The notes under the pieces: generated by a model
Database searches by the model: none
What the model saw: the letters and a program-made list of their open reading frames with translations, nothing else
What the model was told of the DNA's origin: nothing
Virus record (IMG/VR): IMGVR_UViG_3300032334_001128
Coordinates: 62,294 to 126,293 of that record
Direction: 5' to 3' (one strand)
DNA: 64,000 nucleotides
Source of the DNA: a virus
Translations under genes and position numbers: made by a program
Shown here: in pieces, positions 10,153-19,856 of the stretch
Position numbering within the stretch: the stretch's first letter is position 1
How the letters are laid out: each line of letters starts with the position of its first letter

Positions 10153-13100
10153 ATGGTAGATGCTGCAACGTATAAATACTTTACTGTTGACATAGTAAGT
10201 AACACAATACTCGCTGAAATTCCTTTTAGTGATGTGAGTTTTGAGCGAGCTCTAAAAGGTTCTGGAAAATTTGCTGGAACCATAGCTATTAGCGAAGAAA
10301 CAAACAATTTAGATCTATATGAATCAACTATGCCTGGTAGAACTGCTGTTTACGTTTTACGAAACGGAGTTTGCGTATGGGGCGGAATTATTTGGTCAAG
10401 AGACTACAAAGTAACAAGTAAGGAGTTATCTGTAGACGCTTCTGAGTTCACTAGTTATCTACAACACAGGTACGTATGGAAAACTTTTAATTACAATCTT
10501 GAAGCAAAGGCTGAAAAAACTGTAGCTGGTGGAAATGTTAAAATTACTTTCCTAAATAGAAGCTACACCATGCCTACTCTGGACAGCGCTGGAAATAGAG
10601 TAAAAGCGTACATAAGTTTTGGTGAGCAAGGCTATGCCCAATACGGTGGATTCTATGAAGTTCTAAGTAGTCCTGCACCCACAAATACTTATTTTTATGT
10701 CAAGATCCCTAAGCTACCTACTAGAGCTAGCAGTTACTATTCAAAAGTCACTGTCACTGCAAAAGTAGATACGTATCAATACATACGAGATATGCTTGAT
10801 GGAGTTTTTAGTGATTTTATTGATACTGAATTTGCTAACGAGTTAATTGCACCTGGTGTTAAAGAAGCTAATACAATTACATATAGAAAAGTAGATAATT
10901 CAATAGCTACAATAACAACGCTTTCTGCCCACGGGTTAATTCCGGGCCAACGTGTAGAAATTGTAAATTTATATGTAACTGAATTAAATGGTACTTTTAC
11001 GGTTCTCTCTGTTCCGTCGTCAAATACTTTTACTTATGATGTAACTGGTTTAATTTCTACACTTGCAATAAATACATCTCCACTAACTAGCGTTTACTAT
11101 CCAATAAAGAGCAGACGCGTCACCGAAACAAGTAAGCGTGGAATTACTAAAGTAAAAAGAATTTCAAATGTGGCTTATATAACCACTAGATATCCTCACA
11201 AATTTGCTGTTGGAGATATTATCACAATGAAAGTTGAAGAAAAATATAAAGCTTTCAACAACGGAGATCCTGCGGTACCTGTAACAGTTACATCTGTTCC
11301 TAGCGATAAAGTGTTTACTTATGCAAACACTGGGTCAAATACTTCATCTGATGGAGTAACTGTGACAGACTCTAGATGTGAGTTTTCTGTTAGTAGAAAA
11401 ATTCTTGAATTAACAGTATACGATGGCTACAGTTTAAACTTTAGTGCTGATGACTATGTATTAGTAAATGGTGTAGATGATCCGTCATGGGGAGTACCTA
11501 TGTATGATGGGTACAAATATGTGATTGCTACTGATACGGCTTCTCCTAAAACTTGGTTCCAGTTTGATCCTGAATTTGATATGACTGTAGAACCGTCAAG
11601 TGTTACTCAGATCAAAACTAAAAAATATACAACATCTAGTAATTTAATTACTATTGTCACGAATTCTGCTCATGGATTTATGGTTGGTGACACCATTATC
11701 ATAAATATGGCTAAAGCTGATAAATTTTATGATGGTACTCAGACCATAAAAACAGTCACAAATTCTACAACTTTCTCATACACTCCTAAAGACCCTGGAA
11801 CTGCTGATACTAAACAAGCAATGGCAGCTGGAACTGCTAAACGTATAAAGACTCAGCTTGCCCCTATTGCAAACACTTCTTACACTATAGAGGCAAAAAA
11901 GCGGGTATTGTCTACTGCAACAATTAGAACTACTGCGGCCCATGGCTTTGTTGTTGGAGATACAGTACTTGTTTCTTGTGATGATACGACTTTTAATAAC
12001 TCAGACTCTCCTGTGCTCATCCTTGACGTACCTACTACTACAACTTTCTCATACACAAGTGTTGGAACATCGGTGCCCACCTTGATTGCTGCTACTGGTA
12101 CAGCAGTTGCTGTGTATACAAATTATGGCGTGGCTAGATACCCAACTCATATATCATCTAGCGGAACTTCTAGAACTATCTATTTCTATGGAGACGAGCA
12201 TGGGTTTACTGCAAATCAATTTGTAACTGTTTACATAAAAGGTAAAACAAAATATAACAACAATAGTATTCCTGTACAAATTACATCTGTTACTGATAAC
12301 AGCTTTACATACACTGTTACTGGATCATATACTGAATCTTATGTGGCTGCCCCGGATGATAGCAAAGTTCTAAAATCCGCCACAGTTTCTAAAATTCCTA
12401 CTGCATTCTCTAGAACTTATGGAGAGTTTCCTAATAATGCTGGCATGGGTGGAATTACTTATAGTAGTAATAACTATAGCCAAAAGGAGATCATCAATGC
12501 TCCGGTAATTGGAAGTGCCTTGACAAACGTTGGGGATATGCTTAACAAATACTCAAATAGCGTAAATGGATTCCAATATAGAATAGATTGCTCCGTCGAG
12601 AGTGTTGGCGGTATAAATGTATTCAAACGAAAATTTGTTCTTATACCTAGAACTCCTACTAGTCTTACTACTTACTTACTAACAAATCCTCTTGATCCTG
12701 GAGAGTATGCTCCTATAAGTGCTTTTGGTGCAGACAAACTTACTTTTGAGTACCCAGCGAATATTAACGATGTAACTCTGCAAGAAAATGCTGAAAATGG
12801 GGTAACTCGTATGTTTGTAGTAGGTGATGGTAAGGGATCTGGCGGTGGAGATACTGGTGCTAGATATTCTGCTGCATCTGATAATGCACTACTAGATGAT
12901 GGATGGCCTTTACTAGAAAGTAGTGAAAAAGTTAGCTGGCCTTTAGTAGGTTACAATCAGATCAACTTGGATAACTGGGGTAATTACGATGTTGAAGGAG
13001 ATCTACAAAAATCTGCAGAACGTTTCTTAGCTGAGTCAAAGCCACCTATGGGTGAGTATTCAGTAGAAGTTAATGGATCTATTGACCCTGCCGTTGGTTC

Positions 13101-13302
13101 ATATAATCCAGGAGATTGGTGTCAAATAGTTATTAAGGATGATTTTATCTCTAAGCGTCTAAATAGTGCACTCGAGCCAAGAAAGAATGCAATACTTAGA
13201 AAAATTGAATCTATTAAGGTAAAAGTTCCTGAGGGCCCGGAAGCCACCGAAACTGTAACATTAAACTTAGTTCCAGAATGGGATATTGATCGACATGGGT
13301 AG
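10153..13302 (+). CDS. Baseplate hub / Tal-like minor tail protein with inserted tandem beta-domain repeats
   Basis: N-terminal LAEIPFSDVSFERAL...CVWGGIIWSR, C-terminal PAVGSYNPGDWC, and about 6 internal HG-x3-G-D repeats. Confidence 0.8.
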   Translation: MVDAATYKYFTVDIVSNTILAEIPFSDVSFERALKGSGKFAGTIAISEETNNLDLYESTMPGRTAVYVLRNGVCVWGGIIWSRDYKVTSKELSVDASEFTSYLQHRYVWKTFNYNLEAKAEKTVAGGNVKITFLNRSYTMPTLDSAGNRVKAYISFGEQGYAQYGGFYEVLSSPAPTNTYFYVKIPKLPTRASSYYSKVTVTAKVDTYQYIRDMLDGVFSDFIDTEFANELIAPGVKEANTITYRKVDNSIATITTLSAHGLIPGQRVEIVNLYVTELNGTFTVLSVPSSNTFTYDVTGLISTLAINTSPLTSVYYPIKSRRVTETSKRGITKVKRISNVAYITTRYPHKFAVGDIITMKVEEKYKAFNNGDPAVPVTVTSVPSDKVFTYANTGSNTSSDGVTVTDSRCEFSVSRKILELTVYDGYSLNFSADDYVLVNGVDDPSWGVPMYDGYKYVIATDTASPKTWFQFDPEFDMTVEPSSVTQIKTKKYTTSSNLITIVTNSAHGFMVGDTIIINMAKADKFYDGTQTIKTVTNSTTFSYTPKDPGTADTKQAMAAGTAKRIKTQLAPIANTSYTIEAKKRVLSTATIRTTAAHGFVVGDTVLVSCDDTTFNNSDSPVLILDVPTTTTFSYTSVGTSVPTLIAATGTAVAVYTNYGVARYPTHISSSGTSRTIYFYGDEHGFTANQFVTVYIKGKTKYNNNSIPVQITSVTDNSFTYTVTGSYTESYVAAPDDSKVLKSATVSKIPTAFSRTYGEFPNNAGMGGITYSSNNYSQKEIINAPVIGSALTNVGDMLNKYSNSVNGFQYRIDCSVESVGGINVFKRKFVLIPRTPTSLTTYLLTNPLDPGEYAPISAFGADKLTFEYPANINDVTLQENAENGVTRMFVVGDGKGSGGGDTGARYSAASDNALLDDGWPLLESSEKVSWPLVGYNQINLDNWGNYDVEGDLQKSAERFLAESKPPMGEYSVEVNGSIDPAVGSYNPGDWCQIVIKDDFISKRLNSALEPRKNAILRKIESIKVKVPEGPEATETVTLNLVPEWDIDRHG

Positions 13303-16300
13303 TGACAGACTTTCTAGGCACAGAAGTATAGGATCTTATTTAAATTATCTAGATGAAAAATCTAGGTATAGCGAATATAGAACTGACTACTCTAGTGTTA
13401 TTGCCACAAATGCTATTGGTGAATCTTCTTTATCTGAAGAATTATCAATAATTGAAAAAGCTATACAAAGTGGTAACTATATCTCTGGTGAAGCTGGCTG
13501 GAGAATAACTGGTAATGGTGACGCTGAGTTTGGCAACGTTGTGGTTCGTGGAGACATAACTGCTTACTCCGGTGCTATTGGATATTGGAATATATCTAGT
13601 CCGGCTGTTACCCGTGTAGTTGGAACTACAACACTACTGGGAACCTTTCTTGAGAGCTCTGGTATTGGTGATAATGATGATAGCGTCACGTCAGGCACAT
13701 ACGTAGGTCTATTTAAGTCTTATTCTCCAGATCCATTTGACGTATCCGTTAAAAGTAGAACTAACAACGTAGCCACTCTTACAATACTTGGTCACGATCT
13801 ATTAATTGGAGACTACATAATTGTAGCTTTAGAGGATGACACTACCTTTAACTCTAACGGTGCGATAGTTCAAATCACCGATATTGATTATGAAACAATT
13901 AGTTACGCTAACACTGGTGCTGATGTAGCTAAGTCAGACTCTATTGGCTACGTATATTTCCAGAACAAGGACGTAGCAGGTCTTTACCTTCGTGACTATT
14001 CAAAATCTGAGTTTGATTATGGGTATTTTTCTAATACTGGTATAAAGTATGTTTCAGCTGAAGACGTAAACTTAATTGAAAACCCTAGTTTTGAATATAA
14101 AAATGACTCCAATGTCATTACATCTTCTACAACATCTTGGTCTCAGGGTACAGGATTAACTTTAGCATCTTTAGATATTAGTTCTATATATTCTAGTGAT
14201 AGCACTTACGGTGGAAAACTTACATGGGCTGGCACTGGGCTATCTACCTATTTATCTTCAAAAATTGACTATTCTTCCGGAAGTAGTTATAGCGTATTTA
14301 ATTCAGGAAAGAGTCTTTACCTTGATCTGACAGTTTTTCCTTACTATGTTCCTGTAGCCAAAACTATAAGCTCTATAGCAAGTTGGTCAGTGGGAAGTAC
14401 TTGGTATCTAAAAGTATACTCCACAGCTCACGGATTTTCTGCAGGAGATACTGTATTTTTAGACGTTAATGCTACTTTTACTAAAGATGGTGTAACAACA
14501 ACCCACTGTCCGCATACAATTGCTGATGGTACACTTGGATACACCTTTACCGTCCTATCTAGCCCTGCCCCGGCTGCTAATTATTTTTATGTAAATGCAA
14601 ATCCAAGTGGAAGTTTTAACGCTCCTGAGCAAACTTTAACAACGGCTTCTGCCACCGGCGTGTCTAAATCTGCTTATAAAGCATATGAAGTTGCTTTGGA
14701 TTTAACTGCAATACGGTTTAGATATGAGAACGGTACTACAACCCCAATAACTGATGTTGTATCTATTGCAACAGAAGCTTTATGGAATTCTGGAAAAAAT
14801 AAATACTTATTTAGTAATTCAAATGATTACATTTTTTCTTATATTAAGCATCAAAATGACCCAACTTTCGTGGTTGCGCCAATGTATAAAACTGATCCTA
14901 TTATTATTGATGCTGAAAGCCTTGAAACTAGTTACAGAAGCTCTAACATTGATAGTTTAAATGATCAGTTAGATTTTTATTTAGATATTCCTGGCTGGTT
15001 GCTTAAGCACGACGGTAATTACGTAGTTTCTGGTACAAAAGTAACTAATTCTTCTGGAATAGGTTACATTGTAGATAATGTTTTATTGTCAACTGCATCT
15101 AATTTTTTCTATGGTTCTTATCTAGCCACAAATAGTTGGGCTGATGGTAATAATAATCCTGCTCAAGCGTCTATTGAAAGCAGTAAAACTTGGTTAAATG
15201 TAGACTTAGCGAGTCAATCTGCTAGCCTAGATTATTTTGATTACGTTAAGTTTAGAAATAATACTTTTACTAAAACTATGATTCAGCGGCCATCTTTAAG
15301 TATGAATGATTCTTTAGAATTATATGTACCTTTTTCTGGAAATACTTATGACACACTTACTCTTAGTTCTGGAGAATATCAGTATTTAGCTAGTGAATCT
15401 AGTTATAAAAACATTAACTCTAATTTAAAACTTATAACTGGAGATAATAATTCTCAGTTTGAGCTTTCTACTAGCAGTAGATATATAGATACTACTACTG
15501 GGATTCTAGATTATAGAGTTGCAGCTGTTATATCTGGAAACGTAGAGTCATCATACGGTTCTGAAACTTCTACTATTAGAATTGCTAGCGATAAATTTGT
15601 TTGGACTTATCTACCAGATGAAATGACAACTGATGAAAGAGTTGTTTTTGATCAGGATCATATACTTTTATCTGCTCCTCAAACTACTATAAATGGTGAT
15701 TTATTAGTTACTGGAGCTGCGGTTTATGACGGTGGAGCTACCTATTCTGGAGATACTTCTTATCAAAGAATAAGAATTACATCCGTTGATGGTGTTGGAA
15801 GCGGTACCCAAGGTTTTCAGTTGGGAGCTACTCTTGGCTTAAATCTTCAAATGGATAGAAATAGTATTCAGGGGTATAACAACAGCGTTGCATCAGCTAT
15901 AGATATAAATGCTTCAGGTGGATCAGTTAGTATTGGAAGTACCTCATCTGATGTGGAGATTAAAAAACTAACTGTTGCAGGATACGTCACTAATACTTCT
16001 GGTGGAGTACTAGGAACTACTACAACCATTCCTAATGCTGGTTTAACGAACTCTGCAATAACAATTAATGGATCATCAGTGTCATTGGGTGGTTCAATAA
16101 CAGTTGCAAACTTTAATGGTTCTGGAACATCAATCACTGGTTTGCAATCTGCTGCTGGTATTGCACTACCTATATCAACTGCAAATAACACTACTGCATC
16201 TGGTGCAATCACACTTCAAACTGGTACTTCTTCCACTTCTTCAACTACTACTGGCACATTAACAATCGCTACTGGAAGTCACTCAAATACAAGCAGTGGT

Positions 16301-18295
16301 CTTTCTGGTGCAATAAGCATTAAGTCTGGAGATACTACTGGTGCTGGAGGTAACTCTGGTGCAGTGACTATTGATGTTGGAACTGGTTCTGGTACTGGTG
16401 CTCCAGGAACACTGAGCATCGGTAATACAAATGCTAAAATCATAAATCTTGGTTCTAGTGCTAGTGGGACTAAAACTTTAACTATACAACCTAGTGCAAG
16501 TACTGGTACTAATACAATAGGTATTGGAACAGGAACAGTCTCTACTGGTGCTATGGTCATAAACATTGGTACCGCATCTATTTCTTCTGGAAGTTCTTCT
16601 ATTACTATTGGTGCTTCTGGTGCTACAACTACAATAAATGGAACGCTTGTAGCGTCTGCTCCTGCTGATTCTCTTACAGGCACATCTTTACCTGCTGCAA
16701 TTACGTCTGCTTCTGGGTTAGCAACCGTTGGAACTATTGATACAGGAACTTGGAATGCCACTGCAATTGCTGATGGAAAAATTGCATCAGCTCTTACAGG
16801 TAAAACTTACAATGGCCTAACAATTACAACTAGCACAGGTACTTTGACAATTGCTGCTAGTAAAACTCTTACCGTAAATAACACAATTGCAATAAGTGCT
16901 ACTAATGACAGCAATAGCGGTCTTAACATTGGGGGTGGTGGAACATTAGGAAGTGCGGCGTTTACAGCATCTACCGCATATATTTCTTCTACATTAATGA
17001 CTGCATTAGGTGACATTATATACGGTGGATCTTCTGGTGCAGCTACTAAACTACTTGGAAATACCACTACTACTAGGAAGTTTTTACGTCAAACTGGTGA
17101 TGGTACTAACTCGGCTGTCCCTGCTTGGGACACCGTCACTAAAACTGATGTCGGACTCGGTAACGTAGACAATACTTCAGATGTTAATAAGCCAGTATCG
17201 ACCGCCCAGCAGACTGCGTTAGATCTAAAGGCAAATAAAAATAATGCTGTATTTACTGGAACTATGCCATCAGTCACTAGCTCTACTTCTTCAAGTGTTA
17301 AGTCTAGTACTGATTTAGTAAACAGAGCGTACATAGATTCTGTTGTTAATCCAACAACTTGGAAAGTTTCAGTCGTATGCGCGACTACAGCGGCTTTAGG
17401 TACTACTGGTAATCTAGTTGGCGGAACCATCACTACTACCTATAATAATGGAACTTCAGGTGTAGGGGCAACTTTAACTATTGCTACTTCATCGAACTGG
17501 ACAGCTATTACTATTGATGGATATAGTTTTACCACAGGTGATCGTGTACTTATTAAGAATCAAGCATCAGCTTTTCAAAATGGTATTTATACAGTTACAA
17601 CTAAAGGAACTGTTGGAACAACTACTTCATTTGTTTTTACTAGAGCAACTGACGCAGACACTTCTACAGAAAATTTTGAAAAACATTCCTTATATGTTGA
17701 ATCCGGAACTAATTATGCTGACAATGCTTTTGTAAATATTATAAATGGTGATATCGTAATGGGGACTACCGATATAGTCTACAGCCTTGGTGTTTTTAAT
17801 TCAACTGTCCCAATCTCAGGATCAGGTAGAATTCCTTATACAAACTCTAGTAGAGGGATTACCTACACATACCCATCTTCAAAAACTGGTCAGGTTTTAA
17901 AAAGTGGATTTGCTTCACCTGGTGCAGATTTAGGTTGGTATGATCCAGTCCCATTTGATATGAAAACTGGAAAAATTGCTTCTGCTGACTGGGATAATGT
18001 TGCTAGTCCAGTTGGTGAAGTGATCGTTACTTTTGATGCTCCTTTTCAAACAGGAGCTGTTCCTAATATAACACTTAGTCCGGTATCTACCTCCACAACT
18101 ACAATTTTTACAGTTACCTTAAAATCAGCGCCTACGGCAACTGGTTTTACTGCCATTATTAGAACTTGGAATGGTACAGCTTTTTCAGTTACTACGGCTC
18201 CTACTGTATATTGGACTGCAGTGCAAGGAGCAAGAATAGTAGGTGATCCATCTAGCACTAATGATGGTAGAACAGACTATGGAGCTGTTGGTTAG
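13286..18295 (+). CDS. Tail fibre / receptor-binding protein (true start may be ATG 13295)
   Basis: QSGNYISGEAGWRITGNGDAEF; Ser/Thr/Gly-rich shaft; DVGLGNVDNTSDVNKPVSTAQQ; GDRVLIKNQ...NGIY...RATDAD; C-terminal lectin-like VTFDAPF...YWTA domain. Confidence 0.85.
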   Translation: MIDMGSDRLSRHRSIGSYLNYLDEKSRYSEYRTDYSSVIATNAIGESSLSEELSIIEKAIQSGNYISGEAGWRITGNGDAEFGNVVVRGDITAYSGAIGYWNISSPAVTRVVGTTTLLGTFLESSGIGDNDDSVTSGTYVGLFKSYSPDPFDVSVKSRTNNVATLTILGHDLLIGDYIIVALEDDTTFNSNGAIVQITDIDYETISYANTGADVAKSDSIGYVYFQNKDVAGLYLRDYSKSEFDYGYFSNTGIKYVSAEDVNLIENPSFEYKNDSNVITSSTTSWSQGTGLTLASLDISSIYSSDSTYGGKLTWAGTGLSTYLSSKIDYSSGSSYSVFNSGKSLYLDLTVFPYYVPVAKTISSIASWSVGSTWYLKVYSTAHGFSAGDTVFLDVNATFTKDGVTTTHCPHTIADGTLGYTFTVLSSPAPAANYFYVNANPSGSFNAPEQTLTTASATGVSKSAYKAYEVALDLTAIRFRYENGTTTPITDVVSIATEALWNSGKNKYLFSNSNDYIFSYIKHQNDPTFVVAPMYKTDPIIIDAESLETSYRSSNIDSLNDQLDFYLDIPGWLLKHDGNYVVSGTKVTNSSGIGYIVDNVLLSTASNFFYGSYLATNSWADGNNNPAQASIESSKTWLNVDLASQSASLDYFDYVKFRNNTFTKTMIQRPSLSMNDSLELYVPFSGNTYDTLTLSSGEYQYLASESSYKNINSNLKLITGDNNSQFELSTSSRYIDTTTGILDYRVAAVISGNVESSYGSETSTIRIASDKFVWTYLPDEMTTDERVVFDQDHILLSAPQTTINGDLLVTGAAVYDGGATYSGDTSYQRIRITSVDGVGSGTQGFQLGATLGLNLQMDRNSIQGYNNSVASAIDINASGGSVSIGSTSSDVEIKKLTVAGYVTNTSGGVLGTTTTIPNAGLTNSAITINGSSVSLGGSITVANFNGSGTSITGLQSAAGIALPISTANNTTASGAITLQTGTSSTSSTTTGTLTIATGSHSNTSSGLSGAISIKSGDTTGAGGNSGAVTIDVGTGSGTGAPGTLSIGNTNAKIINLGSSASGTKTLTIQPSASTGTNTIGIGTGTVSTGAMVINIGTASISSGSSSITIGASGATTTINGTLVASAPADSLTGTSLPAAITSASGLATVGTIDTGTWNATAIADGKIASALTGKTYNGLTITTSTGTLTIAASKTLTVNNTIAISATNDSNSGLNIGGGGTLGSAAFTASTAYISSTLMTALGDIIYGGSSGAATKLLGNTTTTRKFLRQTGDGTNSAVPAWDTVTKTDVGLGNVDNTSDVNKPVSTAQQTALDLKANKNNAVFTGTMPSVTSSTSSSVKSSTDLVNRAYIDSVVNPTTWKVSVVCATTAALGTTGNLVGGTITTTYNNGTSGVGATLTIATSSNWTAITIDGYSFTTGDRVLIKNQASAFQNGIYTVTTKGTVGTTTSFVFTRATDADTSTENFEKHSLYVESGTNYADNAFVNIINGDIVMGTTDIVYSLGVFNSTVPISGSGRIPYTNSSRGITYTYPSSKTGQVLKSGFASPGADLGWYDPVPFDMKTGKIASADWDNVASPVGEVIVTFDAPFQTGAVPNITLSPVSTSTTTIFTVTLKSAPTATGFTAIIRTWNGTAFSVTTAPTVYWTAVQGARIVGDPSSTNDGRTDYGAVG

Positions 18296-18332
18296 TAATG
18301 ATAAAATTAAGTAAAGTTTTGAAGGATAAGCA

Positions 18333-18461
18333 ATGTACACGATTCTAAAAATAACTACTGATGAAGTAGACAAATTTATTGTATATAATAAACTAACTAA
18401 TTTAGAGGTTGCTCGATATTCTACTTATCGTGAAGCATTTCAAGATTTATTATCTAGATAA
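18333..18461 (+). CDS. Small hypothetical protein (42 aa), not in the ORF track
   Basis: GAAGGA RBS then MYTILKITTDEVDKFIVYNKLTNLEVARYSTYREAFQDLLSR*. Confidence 0.55.
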   Translation: MYTILKITTDEVDKFIVYNKLTNLEVARYSTYREAFQDLLSR

Positions 18462-18463
18462 AT

Positions 18464-18613
18464 TTAATTTTTAGGTCTAGGTTCTTGTCTAGGATCTCTG
18501 ACAAAGACTACTCCTTTATGCTTTAGCTCACAGCACTCGGCTAATTTTCTAACGACAAACATTTGTCTACATACCGTACATTGATATGGATCCTGATACT
18601 TATTATTCTCCAC
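18464..18613 (-). CDS. Small zinc-finger-like protein (49 aa), not in the ORF track
   Basis: GTG start, MENNKYQDPYQCTVCRQMFVVRKLAECCELKHKG...; CxxC followed by CC-x3-H. Confidence 0.55.
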   Translation of the reverse strand: MENNKYQDPYQCTVCRQMFVVRKLAECCELKHKGVVFVRDPRQEPRPKN

Positions 18614-18683
18614 GCGGGCCTTACGGTCGTCGATCTTATAGATTAATTATCTCATCTAACCGGCTAAGTCATATGGTAAATTA

Positions 18684-18763
18684 GATGTATAAGCTTAAAG
18701 TTAAGTTTATACATCAAATTTTACCCAAAAATGATGTACAAAACTGATACATTATTATATAAC
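18684..18763. promoter_or_regulatory. res-like/operator element, copy A: 32-bp palindrome plus 29-nt promoter block
   Basis: GATGTATAAGCTTAA-AG-TTAAGTTTATACATC (14/15 arm match), then TGTACA-N17-TATAAC at 18735-18763. A second copy lies at 50186-50258. Confidence 0.65.
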
Positions 18764-18781
18764 TAGTTAGGTTCGATAGAA

Positions 18782-19126
18782 ATGATGCCAAAACAGGTAA
18801 AAGTTGGTCTACAAACTTTTAAGATCGTAGAAAAGACTGCTTTAGATGATGGAATGCTAAATGAGGGTAGCTACGGATATACTTTAGAGAATCAAAATCT
18901 AATAGTGATCGATAAAAATATCCCTAAAAGCAAAAAACAAGTAACGGTGCTTCATGAAGTTCTCCACGCTTGTAGAATGTCGCTTGAAGGCCCTACAAGG
19001 CCTAAAAAGTCTGATGACTACGAAACTTGGGAGCATCATTTCATTGGAATATATGAAAATGCTGTTCTCATGGTGATGAGAGACAACCCTACTCTTTTAA
19101 AATGGCTATTAGAAGTTGGTGAATAG
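18782..19126 (+). CDS. HEXXH zinc metallopeptidase-like protein
   Basis: VTVLHEVLHA motif with a downstream E(H)HF; 114 aa. Confidence 0.7.
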   Translation: MMPKQVKVGLQTFKIVEKTALDDGMLNEGSYGYTLENQNLIVIDKNIPKSKKQVTVLHEVLHACRMSLEGPTRPKKSDDYETWEHHFIGIYENAVLMVMRDNPTLLKWLLEVGE

Positions 19127-19778
19127 TTTGACTGAGCCAGGTAAAGCCCTTTTATATGCCCGTGTATCCACCCAGCTTCAGGTAAATGACGGTGTATCTC
19201 TCGACGTCCAGGAAAGACAGCTTATAAGTGCTGCTGGACTAGCTGGATTTACGGACTATGAATTGATCAGGGAAGAGGGTCGCTCAGGTAAGTCAATTAC
19301 GGGCCGTCCGGCTCTTACAGCGGCTTTAAAGCGTCTAGACACTGGTGATGCTCAAGCACTGTTCGTGACGCGTATCGACCGCCTAGCCCGTTCTACAAAG
19401 GACTTTTTGAGCATAATAGACCGGGCAAATGCCAATAAATGGCGTCTAGTTATGCTAGATCTAAACTTGGACACAGCCAGCTATCAGGGCCGCTTTGTGG
19501 TTACAATTATGTCCGCTCTAGCTGAGATGGAACGTGGAATCATTGCAGAACGTCAAAAGGACGTCCATAAGGATCGCCGCGCTCGTGGAATCAAATGGGG
19601 CATTGATATGGGTCCTAAAAACAAGACTCCAGAAGAGATAAAAGAACGGATTAGATCTGAACGATCTAAGGGTAAGTCTTTTAGGGCTATAGCTGATGGG
19701 TTGAATAAGGATGGCATACCCACTCAAAATGGTGGAAAATGGTATGCAACCACGGTCAAGAATATTCTAGACAAATAA
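19116..19778 (+). CDS. Serine recombinase (resolvase-type catalytic domain plus short recombinase DNA-binding domain)
   Basis: YARVST catalytic Ser motif, EEGRSG, TRIDRLAR, MSALAEMER; C-terminal SFRAIADGLNKDGIPTQNGGKWYATTV. Confidence 0.92.
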   Translation: MVNSLTEPGKALLYARVSTQLQVNDGVSLDVQERQLISAAGLAGFTDYELIREEGRSGKSITGRPALTAALKRLDTGDAQALFVTRIDRLARSTKDFLSIIDRANANKWRLVMLDLNLDTASYQGRFVVTIMSALAEMERGIIAERQKDVHKDRRARGIKWGIDMGPKNKTPEEIKERIRSERSKGKSFRAIADGLNKDGIPTQNGGKWYATTVKNILDK

Positions 19779-19814
19779 AAGAAACCGGATCCTTTTGAGA
19801 TCCGGTTCTTTTTT
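19777..19814. terminator. Bidirectional rho-independent terminator
   Basis: Stem AACCGGATC/GATCCGGTT with an A-tract before and a T-tract after, between convergent genes. Confidence 0.85.
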
Positions 19815-19856
19815 GTGTCTCTCCCCGAGATCACATTTATACCTAAGTATCTCTAC

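Noticed and set aside
19116-19778. IS607 transposase or large serine integrase
   Set aside because: No N-terminal HTH or tnpB partner as in IS607, and too short, with no zinc-ribbon domain, for an integrase.
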